DNA from: Mobula hypostoma
Lineage: Eukaryota
Assembly (NCBI RefSeq): GCF_963921235.1
Contig: NC_086108.1
Location: 41,976,001 to 42,040,000 of the forward strand
DNA: 64,000 nt
Reading direction: 5' to 3'
The notes below the pieces were generated by a model, which saw only the letters and a list, made by a program, of their open reading frames with translations, did not search any database and was not told the origin of the DNA. Both the position numbers and the translations under genes were made by a program. Position 1 is the first letter of the stretch, and the number at the start of each line of letters is the position of its first letter. Shown one piece after another: positions 56,601 to 63,823 of this stretch.

Positions 56601-59600
56601 ACAGCCAACTAGTTTTATTTAAAATATAGTTTGATACTTTGCTGCATGGTTAGCCTTCTGACTTTTCCTCCATTCCGATAGTAAGTTGGCTGCCTCTGCG
56701 CCAAGCATTGACGTAACAAAAAGAAGACTAGTAACCCTGTGCATTCCACAGTTCTGTAGCACAATGCATCAGAGCTCCATGGCACCAAACCACTCAAGAT
56801 GTGGCTTCTTTATTTATGGTTTATGTTACAAAGATCAACAGTGTACAACCATCTTGGTTGAGGGGGAGGGGTGTGGAGTTGGAAGTAGGAAAAGGCATTC
56901 AACGCAGATGTATCCACCATCGATCACAATGCATGATACCCCAGTAAATGTATACATGTCTCTTTAATGGCTTCATTTCTCCTCACAGTCATACTCCAGA
57001 AGGTCCCTTCAATTTGTAGTCATTCTTTTTAAGAAGTTCTGTGTCCGGTTACCAAGGTTGAACTTGACTTCTCCCAGCTTTCACTATTTTAACATTGTCC
57101 TGCAATCAAGGCTTCAGTGAGAGGAACTCTAGGTTCCATGCATGCACCACGCAGAGACATTCACCATCCTACAAATTGCTGGAGGAACTCAGTGGGTCAG
57201 GCTTGGAGTCCCAGATTTTAAGTCTATTCATTCTTCCAGATTTCTATTAAGTAAGTTCCCAGTATTGACTTGGTAGCTAGCCAGCTTAATAAAGTTGCAA
57301 ACATCTGCAGAAACCCGAAGAGGTATGTTCAATAATCTGAAGTCAGCTATTGTTGCATCAACAACCCATACTTTTAGAGAGCCATTAGCAAGTCAAAAGA
57401 TCTCAAAATGCTTCAGTGTACCAATATCAAAGGAAGTAATCAGGAAGAAGCAAGGTTTATGGAGAATCTTGAAGGAAGAATGAGATGGAGAAAGTAATAA
57501 GATGGAGAACTTCAGGGTGAATTTTGACTTCAGGCCCTAAAAACATAAAGAAACTGAAAAAAGGATTTGAAAACTCAGTGGACTTCATGAAGTTAGATGC
57601 TTTCTGGTTATTTTCAACTGTTGTGATAGTGGACAGAAATCCGAAACTTTTTCAGAACAGCATCCCTGCTGCAGCCCACTGGAAAGGGCATGGGCCTAGA
57701 TTCAGTAGCAAAGTGATGGTACTCGTCTTCGACTGGTATTCGTTCCAGCAATTTCATCTGAAGCCACCAATGTTAATGGGTCACATAAATGAGAATAGAA
57801 AGAAACAGCAAGGAGATTATAGAAGCTTCCAAGGAAAGGGTAAATAGAAATCTATTAGAAATGTTCAAGATCACAGTTAAAACTGCCTATAAGGACCCAA
57901 CAATCCCTGTGGTGTTGTCTTCCCTCTTCCTAAGGTTAGTTGCAGTCAGGTATCTGTTTAAGGAATCCCTGCATCCAACAACATCAGCCTGGCTGGGTAA
58001 TCAAAGGCATTGGAAAGTTCTTGCAAAAAATTAATGTTGAAAAGATAAACACAACATAGAGGTAGAAATGAAATAGATATTTCTGAAATAAAAATATAGT
58101 TTAACCTATATTTAGAAGTACTTAGATGAGAAAATTATATTCTACCTACATTAAGCCAGATATTTTGCTAAACAATAAATATATCCAGGTTTACCATTAA
58201 AAATTCATGCACACTAGTGGAATAACTGCATTTTTCAAATTATTATATAGCCAAACTATTTTAGAACAAAAAGAAATCCCTTCAGTTTACATCAGTTGCC
58301 AGGATTGGGATGAATTGACTACAAAACAGAACAACTCATTGGTAAATTCAGCAGTCAGTTTTACACCACAGACCTCTGGAAATCCCAAAGATACTCAGTT
58401 TCAGTCATGTACAATATTTAAAGCTCTGGTGGAAGACCATTAACCTGAAATTAAGCTTCTGATTCTCTCTCTACAGATGCTGCCTGACCAGCTGAACATC
58501 TCCAGCATTTTCTATTTTTTGTCCTAAAGTACAGATTGCTGCCATTATACAAAGGAGAATCTAAATCCATAGTTGCTGAAAAATTGCTCTATTTCCATTA
58601 TCCCATCATCTGAAGAGGAAAAATTACCTGTCTATGAAACAGCATATTAGTCTGAACCACTGTCTTGGCAAATTTTACTTTAGTGATCAACTTTACTGGA
58701 TTTTACCAGATCAATTGATAATTCTCTCTCTAGGGGCAAACATACAGATGAAATGTACAATGAACACAATGAAAGGCTCTGAACTAACACAATATTATGG
58801 ATTTATTTTTAAATTGATCTTATCCAGAATTATAAGATGAAACAAATTTTGAATTTAATTTCATTCAGTCAGTAAATTTGTTTAGAATTTTCCAGGTGCA
58901 TCAGATTGTGTGATACAACTGTCGTACACTTGCTTAATGTTCCATCAATTTTATCTGATGCCACCATTGTTAATGGGTCACATAAATGAGAATAGAAAGA
59001 AACATTCAATTGAATAGCAAAGAGATGATAGAAACTTCCAAGGAAAGGGTTAAATGGAAATCTATTAGAGATGTTCAAAATTATAGTTAAACTGCTATAA
59101 TCTAGCATCCAGCTGATCAGAAATCCAGTTGGCCCAGCAACTGGCTCAATCATTAGTTGGACTGTGAGGACATGTGGAGTCAGGGCTGGGGTCCAGACTT
59201 TGGGTCAGTTATGCTCTAGAGCAGGAGCATCAGGGGTCAGTAAGGTGGAGCTGGGGTCTGGAGTCCTTTAGTATTTCCTGTTCCCTTTATTCTCATCTGC
59301 TTCCATAGAAATTTTACTGCAACAGAGTGAAATAAAATTGTGTTTGGTTATTGATAGGAGTATCATCAATAGATCAGCAAATCTGATAGTCCGGCATGAC
59401 AGATAGTGCCAGATGATCAGATGTGTCCTGTGGGAATGGGAAATAGTTTCCAATGGTAGCAGCTCGAATTAAGCTTATTATCAAAGTACATACATGTCAC
59501 CATAACCCACTTGAGATATATTTTCTTGCAGACATTCACAGTAGGTACAAAGAAACACAATAAAATAAATGAAACACCGCACGCAACAAAGACGGACTTA

Positions 59601-60838
59601 CAATCAAAGTGCAAAGAATTTAAGCTAATCGATAAAAGAAATTTTAGGACCTCGGGAGATATACTTTTAACGAAATTTCATGATTTTAGTTAGATGTGTG
59701 GAAGCAATTGGAAGAGGTAGGGCTGATAGATAAAGCTCTTTGAAAAAGCAGACACGGGCATCAAGAGTCTAATGGCTTCCCTCCGCGCTGCTCGATTCAA
59801 AGACGTAAGAATGAACGGGACAGATAAATGTGGCCGTATTTAGAAATAACAAACCGAAGCCATGGCATCTGTACCGCCTTCCGATAAGAGCCACATCCCT
59901 TAGCTCTCGTTTCCTGCACAAGTCCCACTATCCCTGGATTTCCTTAATATCCAAAGATCTATACAGCTCGCTGACAATTTAGCCACAGTTAATCGCAAAT
60001 CCATAAGAATGATTTTTACTCTGAAAGACAGAGCATCAAACGGTCAATTTGATGTATAAAAAATTGTGTCTTTTTTTTTCTTTATTAGCATCCCCAACAA
60101 GCATTTTGGGACGTTTACTCCAGTGAAAATACGGCATAACTTTGGAAGGTTTCACTACTGTAATTACTTCGATTATATTCCCAGTATGACCGCGGTGATA
60201 TGTAAAAGAAATCTACTCCCAATATAACCGAATAGATGAATGTCTTGAACTAAAGGTTATAAAGACATTTCAAATCGACGGGCATGATGTCACTGTTAAG
60301 TTTAAAATCATTCTTAGTGGAAAAAAATGATAAAATAAAAAAGAGGCGATGAATAATCTCACCAGGACCCGCCTCTTTTACTTTGGCACCAATCCACACT
60401 GTCTCCTCCACACCAATGGACTTCATGAAGCTTGTTGTTTTCTGGTTATCGTCAACTGTCGCGATAGTGGCCAGAAATCCAAACCTTTGTCGGCACAATT
60501 TCTCTGCAGCAGCCCACTGGTGTTCCTTTGGGACATAAGTATAATAGTAACCCCGGTAGAGGTAACACGGGCCGTCCAGCGTCGGCAGCTGCGAGTCTGG
60601 GGAGGCTGAGGAAAGGAGGACACTTTGTAACGACTAATTTCTGCACTTAAGTTCAAATGCTTGGTGACGCTGTTGGATCTACTCACCTGCCAGCAGGCCA
60701 GGGACACAGAAGAACTGCGGGCAAAAAAAAAACACTAATTGTCATATAAACAAGAAGCTTGATCACTGAAATAAAGTAAAATAAATCGTTCTCATTTACC
60801 AGAATAGCCGAACATGGAAAGACCGTTCCCACGTGCAT
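11511..60838 (-). CDS. ADGRD2: Adhesion G protein-coupled receptor D2-like gene (GPR144); 19 coding exons found, 3' end not located
   Basis: Manually spliced exons with GT-AG sites and consistent phases give a 976-codon open frame: signal peptide, CTLD halves, pentraxin, GAIN/GPS (CVFWN...W...GC...CFCSHTTNFAVLM) and 7TM with IPKSDRTSIHKNL, MVEGLLLWSKVV, CWLNVHNGVIWAFVGPV and VLVLLPILGLTW. Pentraxin plus these TM motifs fits subfamily D, recalled as D2. Confidence 0.9.
12080..12195 (-). CDS. ADGRD2: ADGRD2 exon 18: TM5 end and ICL3
   Basis: VNMFVLTRVVLITMSTAKRRAIMLAVNSSPMEQAYDQI; acceptor gttgtgcag, donor gtaaga. Confidence 0.93.
12690..12835. mobile_element. Old, diverged PLE-type fold-back remnant
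   Basis: Imperfect palindrome (ggatcaagcagca.ctgtggagg versus cctccacagatgctgtttgatcc) resembling the younger PLE fold-backs. Confidence 0.5.
13038..13171 (-). CDS. ADGRD2: ADGRD2 exon 17: TM4, ECL2, TM5
   Basis: GIPVLIVTITLAAAHDKYIADRYCWLNVHNGVIWAFVGPVIFIIM; acceptor gattttag, donor gtaagc. Confidence 0.95.
14010..14590 (+). mobile_element. Penelope-like element 3' fragment with decayed hammerhead motif
   Basis: C-terminal end of the PLE ORF (LEEQHLIFWLGSLQPDGMN) matching 54120..54413, pyrimidine-rich UTR, CTGATGA at 14459 with GAAA lost. Confidence 0.8.
14880..15215 (+). mobile_element. Older PLE GIY-YIG fragment
   Basis: Decayed match to the GIY-YIG coding region of the 51617-54832 element (tgttcacaatgtggtttcctctattgtggagaagcc). 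Confidence 0.55.
15482..15669. mobile_element. Short PLE fold-back insertion with 14-bp TSD
   Basis: Inverted arms of the PLE 3' end; TSD GGTTAATTAACTAA at 15468-15481 and 15670-15683; hammerhead core deleted at the junction. Confidence 0.88.
16560..16713 (-). CDS. ADGRD2: ADGRD2 exon 16: TM3 to start of TM4
   Basis: TACTAVTALLHLFFMAAFAWMMVEGLLLWSKVVTVNLSEERRMKYYYLIGW; acceptor tttttctag, donor gtaggt. Confidence 0.95.
16823..17006. mobile_element. Older PLE fold-back with TSD
   Basis: Imperfect palindrome; TSD AGCTGATCAYGTC at 16810-16822 and 17007-17019 (one mismatch). Confidence 0.75.
17640..18295 (+). mobile_element. V-SINE (HE1-like) split by a MITE
   Basis: ggagtttgtac...ctccgagtactccggt.tcct...cagtcca...ggtaggttcatt resumes after 18174 as ggtcattgtaaattgtcc...aagggccggaagggcct...aataaataaataa. 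Confidence 0.65.
17736..18173. mobile_element. Palindromic MITE with hAT-like ends and captured Tc1 transposase fragment
   Basis: About 195-bp inverted arms starting CAGGGGTGCAG; 8-bp TSD GGTTCATT; arm translates from 17831 as LSISETADLLGFLHTTDSGVYKEWC (Tc1 HTH-like). Confidence 0.8.
19498..19600 (-). CDS. ADGRD2: ADGRD2 exon 15: ICL1/TM2
   Basis: DIPKSDRTSIHKNLFVALIAAQVVLLSSNSATDNE; acceptor tctctag, donor gtatgc. Confidence 0.92.
19786..19889 (-). CDS. ADGRD2: ADGRD2 exon 14: TM1
   Basis: WGVETEMILNKLTFIGSGASLCALLVTLILFTVL; acceptor tctgtgcag, donor gtaagt. Confidence 0.92.
20922..21048 (-). CDS. ADGRD2: ADGRD2 exon 13: GPS motif and Stachel peptide
   Basis: DGRYAGWSSQGCQVVQFESEITVCFCSHTTNFAVLMQYTEIQ; acceptor ttatttcag, donor gtaggg. 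Confidence 0.93.
21940..22615 (-). mobile_element. Rex1/Babar-like LINE 3' fragment
   Basis: (tcagaa)n tail on the + strand and similarity to 24660-25400. Confidence 0.65.
22838..22893 (-). CDS. ADGRD2: ADGRD2 exon 12: start of GPS motif
   Basis: VGFSKFAIPACVFWNFSL; acceptor attttaag, donor gtaagt. Confidence 0.88.
23120..24030 (+). mobile_element. Tigger/pogo-family DNA transposon, internally deleted
   Basis: TIRs CAGATTGAATACCCCT.../...GATAAGGGGCACTGAACCTG followed by TA; transposase remnants GWLQKFKKRH and KFIDKFAKIVTDENLTPEQVYNAD. Confidence 0.85.
24410..24560 (-). CDS. ADGRD2: ADGRD2 exon 11 (GAIN)
   Basis: SENNRYNLIYYDSNLQASQLQTAVISSTVRDPVRGRNIPTAVQYSLSHRAV; acceptor tttttgcag, donor gtaagc, phase 2 to 0. 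Confidence 0.85.
24660..25965 (-). mobile_element. Rex1/Babar-like LINE, RT-containing fragment
   Basis: VMKSFERLV...LDQLQF, LSPLLY..YTHDC...KFADD, VSSFEFLGV...FYRCTMERILT in ORFs 25653..25967, 25314..25631 and 25006..25326. Confidence 0.85.
26020..28400 (+). mobile_element. CR1 LINE with decayed ORF1, endonuclease region and a 3' piece
   Basis: CxxC and esterase-like ORF1 remnants, CVYFNASSIVGKADEL endonuclease start, GDFN motif, CR1 3' region at 28260-28400. Confidence 0.8.
30237..30333 (-). CDS. ADGRD2: ADGRD2 exon 10 (GAIN)
   Basis: GYEDLIFIHAYYRSVEHHLAPHNVLVAGRTDR; acceptor cacttccag, donor gtaagg, phase 1 to 2. Confidence 0.82.
31775..31909 (-). CDS. ADGRD2: ADGRD2 exon 9 (GAIN)
   Basis: DVQMKASQLSSLENGLIYKPTCLSARDRVDEVRVPGSEISRLFTS; acceptor ccttgtag, donor gtaagt, phase 1-1. 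Confidence 0.82.
32150..34520 (+). mobile_element. Cluster of decayed CR1 fragments
   Basis: Endonuclease remnants, 3' segment (cagagggtggtgaatctgtg), RT remnants (KSCLTNL, QGSVLGP). Confidence 0.7.
35519..35726. mobile_element. Short PLE fold-back with 12-bp TSD
   Basis: Inverted PLE 3' arms; TSD AGATATAAAAGT at 35507-35518 and 35727-35738. Confidence 0.88.
36075..38425 (+). mobile_element. CR1 LINE containing an antisense CR1 3' fragment (about 36492-36985)
   Basis: LNALSIQNKV...ITE endonuclease, AILDWVLCNEP...LGASDHNMI, CR1 3' end; nested minus-strand ERVQRRSTRML...RGDLIEAYKI. Confidence 0.85.
39943..40142 (-). mobile_element. tRNA-derived SINE with CORE-like domain
   Basis: Minus strand: A box TGGCCAAGTGG, B box GGTTCGGGCC, then GTGTCCTTGAGCAAGGCACTTAACC. 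Confidence 0.7.
42004..42115 (-). CDS. ADGRD2: ADGRD2 exon 8 (GAIN)
   Basis: VIPGPYVIIQSIDMLTEKLSGILLSIKPSIVLSTDNI; acceptor cttgcag, donor gtaagg. Confidence 0.85.
42510..44465 (+). mobile_element. CR1 LINE 3' half with nested insertions
   Basis: CLKNLLE, DVVYLDFQK, KFADDT remnants and CR1 3' tail. Confidence 0.82.
43215..43640 (-). mobile_element. Internally deleted Rex1-like element with (TATC)n tail, nested in CR1
   Basis: (gata)n at 43218-43242; endonuclease-like LTVLANNGWCNPGHITIEERVC. Confidence 0.55.
44585..44869 (-). CDS. ADGRD2: ADGRD2 exon 7: helical GAIN subdomain A region
   Basis: ISDYLLLNRSDYPPDV...DLLALIRFLGNVA...EWLIISE within ORF 44489..44881; acceptor ttgctccag, donor gtgaga. 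Confidence 0.85.
45762..45847 (-). CDS. ADGRD2: ADGRD2 exon 6: EAYEQMQVFTSLLPSAFFLHIKERSTEVS
   Basis: Strong acceptor ttttctttttcag and donor gtaagt; phase 1 to 0 fits both neighbours. Confidence 0.75.
46200..46592 (+). mobile_element. PLE 3' UTR fragment with decayed hammerhead
   Basis: Pyrimidine-rich UTR, CTGATGA...caaaacatcgactg, terminal aagatttccaacatctgcagaatctcttgtgttt. Confidence 0.7.
47350..48115 (+). mobile_element. CR1 LINE 3' fragment
   Basis: YKMLV...EYHVQVWPPCYRKDFIKLERVQRGF in ORF 47495..47692. Confidence 0.8.
48931..49125 (-). CDS. ADGRD2: ADGRD2 exon 5: C-terminal half of the C-type lectin domain
   Basis: GDGFQTTEPFDVVWVDG...ECIALNSLSGAWTSEECSKQKQALCRYSK; acceptor tttattttttattccatggaag restores phase 1, donor gtacat. 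Confidence 0.8.
51680..51715 (-). ncRNA. Minimal type I hammerhead ribozyme motif (intact)
   Basis: AGUC-CUGACGA-AGGGUCUCGACCU-GAAA-C-GUC-GACU: stem I AGUC/GACU, core CUGANGA and GAAA, palindromic ACGU in place of stem III. Confidence 0.75.
54698..54733 (+). ncRNA. Minimal hammerhead motif with CpG-type decay (ACGT to ACAT)
   Basis: AGUC-CUGAUGA-AGGGUCUCGACCU-GAAA-C-AUC-GACU. Confidence 0.6.
55013..55654 (-). CDS. ADGRD2: ADGRD2 exon 4: pentraxin/LamG-like domain
   Basis: Within ORF 55002..55703: TVFSYS...DGRWHHVCLSW...FIIGQEQDTFGGSF...SFIGNITQLHIWDRLL; acceptor ttttgttcag, donor gtaatg, 642 nt, phase 1-1. Confidence 0.93.
57752..59100 (+). repeat. Diverged ~140-bp direct repeat pair (57752-57891 and 58951-59100)
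   Basis: Shared gccacca.tgttaatgggtcacataaatgagaatagaaagaaaca...cttccaaggaaagggt...aaatctattaga.atgttcaa. Confidence 0.8.
60363..60605 (-). CDS. ADGRD2: ADGRD2 exon 3: N-terminal half of a C-type lectin domain
   Basis: ASPDSQLPTLDGPCYLYRGYYYTYVPKEHQWAAAEKLCRQRFGFLATI...VWIGAKVKEAGP; acceptor tttcctcag, donor gtgaga, phase 1-1. Confidence 0.88.
60687..60714 (-). CDS. ADGRD2: ADGRD2 exon 2: FFCVPGLLA (28 nt, signal peptide end)
   Basis: Acceptor ttttttgcccgcag, donor CAG|gtgagt, phase 0 to 1. Confidence 0.8.
60800..60838 (-). CDS. ADGRD2: ADGRD2 exon 1: MHVGTVFPCSAIL (signal peptide start)
   Basis: ATG at 60838, donor CTG|gtaaat, phase 0; joins the next exon into a hydrophobic leader. Confidence 0.65.
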
Positions 60839-62152
60839 ATCCTGTTTGGAAAAAAGTAAAAAAAAATGTAAAAACAAGAGTTTCCCCGAGATTAACTGGG
60901 GAAAACTGCGCAAAACGGGACGTGCGGTGTTTAAAACGTCAAATGGTATCCCTGGTGTCCCATACTTTTGGCAACAATGAACAGGCAATTGATTTCTCAT
61001 TTGTCCTGACTGTCATTCCCGACTCTGCGGGAGATCGCAGCAAATTTCCACTAAAATAACTTACACATTTCCTCAGTCTAGCTTTAAGTGGGCACAATAA
61101 GTGTTTAGTTTCCTATTACTCATTCAAATGACAAACTTTCCATTCCCTTATTAATGTTTCTTTGCAACATTAAAAATTGTTCAAAATTGGGAATTTATCA
61201 ATATTATTACTTGTGAACTTGCCTTCTTCATTGGTCATACACCCAGCCCTGAAATGAATTACTTTGCATTTTATCGAAGGGTGCATTGAAAACTGCGTTA
61301 TGGGGCTTTCCGAAGTTGCTAAGAATCAAAGGGGCAAAATGCGCGGCGAAGAGCTCTGGTGCTGCCCCATCTCCTACCGGGTTCTTAGTCAATGCCGAGC
61401 AGGAAGCCAGACGGAATCCCAAGTCATCGGTCATTTCCCTCGCAGACCTTGTGTCCAAGAGGAGCCAAGTCATCCACTGTCGCCGTACCCCATCCGTACG
61501 TTGTCGCCAACACCTCGCTTCCGTCCTAATCTACATCCTTTTCACTTCCACGAGTTCTAATATCCCTTTCGCTAACGTTTCCTTTAATTTTGGTACTCTA
61601 CAAATGTGAGCCTGTTGAAAAATCCCGCATCCTTCTTTCCAGGAGCAGGTCCGAATCTGACTACGACTTGATTCCAAGACTACCTATTGCCATAAATTGC
61701 GAATACTGTAACAATATTTCACCGGGAAGAAAAGTGCGCAGCAACCTATCAGCGGAGCTCTGCCACCGACTGACACCTCAATTAACCTATCAAGGGTGGT
61801 AATGTTTCGGTACTGGGAAAAATTGCAACGGGGAGTGAAACGGGTATCCGTTAAGTTTATGGGACCAAAGTTAAAAGGTGCCGCGTCGAAGCAAATCACC
61901 TTCGGACCTAAAGGAAAAAAAGCTGTTGCTTTGATGAATGAGCCTAATAAAACACATGTTGGTCATCTTTCGTTTCCAGAAGTAGACAGGGTTTCTAGTA
62001 TCACAACCGAATGAAACGCTTATTCAAAGAGATTGCGATGGACAGTATGACCAGCGGCCATCCTAGAGAAAGGAAAACAGGGTTAACATGTAAAACACAT
62101 CAAAGTTGCTGGTGAACGCAGCAGGCCAGGCAGCATCTATAGGAAGAGGCGC

Positions 62153-62188
62153 AGTCGACGTTTCAGGCCGAGACCCTTCGTCAGGACT
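62153..62188 (-). ncRNA. Minimal type I hammerhead ribozyme motif
   Basis: Reverse complement of AGTC-CTGACGA-AGGGTCTCGGCCT-GAAA-CGTC-GACT. Confidence 0.75.
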
Positions 62189-62242
62189 AACTGAAGGAAG
62201 AGTGAGTAAGGGATTTGAACACACGTCACTCTTCCTTCAGTT

Positions 62243-62278
62243 AGTCCTGACGAAGGGTCTCGGCCTGAAACGTCGACT
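62243..62278 (+). ncRNA. Minimal type I hammerhead ribozyme motif
   Basis: AGTC-CTGACGA-AGGGTCTCGGCCT-GAAA-CGTC-GACT; predicted cleavage after GUC at 62274. Confidence 0.75.
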
Positions 62279-63430
62279 GCGCCTCTTCCTATAGATGCTG
62301 CCTGGCCTGCTGCGTTCACCAGCAACTTTGATGTATGTTGCTTGAATTTCCAGCATCTGCAGAATTCCTGTTGTTAACATGTAAAATTGTGGTTTTTGCT
62401 GTTATTTTAAATCACAGCTAGGCGATAGAGTTTAAGTTGCGAGGTTTTTAAGGGACAACAAGAGAAAAGGTGAAGATTCGAACCACAATGGAAATCGGGA
62501 AAGTTTAAATGACCAAAAGGACTGGGACGAGTGAAGAAATAGGAGCGTTTTGAGGAGGTACAAATGGGTGAAGCAGAACAGTCTCGCCGACAGCTGCAGT
62601 AGTGGCTAAACATGTACAATCTACAACGAAGACAACGCGGTAGAAATCGGAGAAGGAAAAATAAACATGAAGAAATAAGTGGTGATGATGTGAAGTTTGA
62701 ACGAGATAAAAAGAAACGAACAGAGGGGTCGCGTGGAAGAGTGGCTTGAAGGGAGTGGGTAATGGATGATTAAAAGTGAATTGGGGCGTTATGGAGGATA
62801 CTCCGTAGGTCAACTTTAAATGGCACCTCCATTTATCTTCCTACAGAGGCTGCCGGATTCACCAAATATTTCCAGCATTTTCGGCCCTTGTTTTAGATTT
62901 TTTTTATTGTCGTGCAAGATTACTTTATAGGTTTGATAGAGAGGTGAGCATAATTGCATGTGAAATCACACTAAGAATGCTGGGGATGACTGAGGATGAT
63001 TTCACTGCGATATTGGGAAGCAAGAAAATCATTCCTGATTTATGGGAAGAGATGAGAGTGACAGGTAGCGGACCCTGTAGGATAAAATTCTCAACTGCGG
63101 TCCGAAGGACTAATACGTAACAGAATGCACCATGTGACTAAATGAGATGAAGACAAGTGAAAGGATTAGCGTTCTGAAGAGAAGCAAATTACAAGTGGCA
63201 GTCTTTGGGCTTTCACTTGGTAGTCTTCACTCGATAATTGTTGACAACAAACTTCCGGTAGAGTTACAGAGAAGTCAAAGAAAATAATGCAAGATTCTGT
63301 GAAATTGTGTTCACAGTGAGGACAAGAAATAAATGATGGTCAACTATTCTTAAAAGTGAGAGATGGGATCCCTGTTGAACCCGAGCAAAGAATTTATCCC
63401 ACGTGTAGGCAGGCGTAGATACACTCGCAA

Positions 63431-63444
63431 GTTGCCATAGCAAC
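63431..63444. promoter_or_regulatory. RFX X-box motif
   Basis: GTTGCCATAGCAAC, 13/14 match to the palindromic consensus GTTGCCATGGCAAC. Confidence 0.6.
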
Positions 63445-63823
63445 AGCTTTTATGTGGAGATCTTAACGAGAATCAAAGGAGACGTTGTTCAAAGCAAGAA
63501 CTAATTCATTAAGGTAGAGGAGGACAACGGTGATCGTTTTGAATTTATTGAGTTTCTGTTCAAGAAAGAATTAGACTGCCTGGCTTTCCTGATTGTAGAG
63601 TAATACTGGAGGCCAAGAGAAAAAGGAGACAATTAGAAACTGTACCAAAGAGCATTGGGTATATTAGCTGGTATAAGCTGAATCAAAGGAAGAGAGGGTT
63701 TAAAACAGAAGGAAGAAATAAATTCTAAGAACAAGAATAGGCTTTGGTTGCGACGACAAGATCAGTCACACTTGTCACCTCAGGAAGAGGGATGGTAGTA
63801 GCCAAGTGAGTTTGAGAAGATCG

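Larger units (their letters stand above)
62096..62372. mobile_element. Young PLE fold-back with two intact hammerhead motifs and 14-bp TSD
   Basis: Nearly perfect ~110-bp inverted arms; TSD GTTAACATGTAAAA at 62082-62095 and 62373-62386. Confidence 0.9.
59700..62800. promoter_or_regulatory. Relatively CpG-rich region around the first ADGRD2 exons (candidate promoter)
   Basis: Visibly more CpG than the CpG-depleted introns; spans exons 1-3 and upstream DNA. Not computed. Confidence 0.5.

Noticed and set aside
61228..62014. Several short ORFs upstream of the ADGRD2 ATG
   Set aside because: No recognisable homology or consistent splice path; more likely 5' UTR or promoter DNA.
62096..62372. Reading the fold-backs as miRNA genes, terminators or CRISPR-like repeats
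   Set aside because: They match the terminus of the RT/GIY-YIG element at 51617-54832 and have TSDs; there is no repeat-spacer array and the DNA is eukaryotic.
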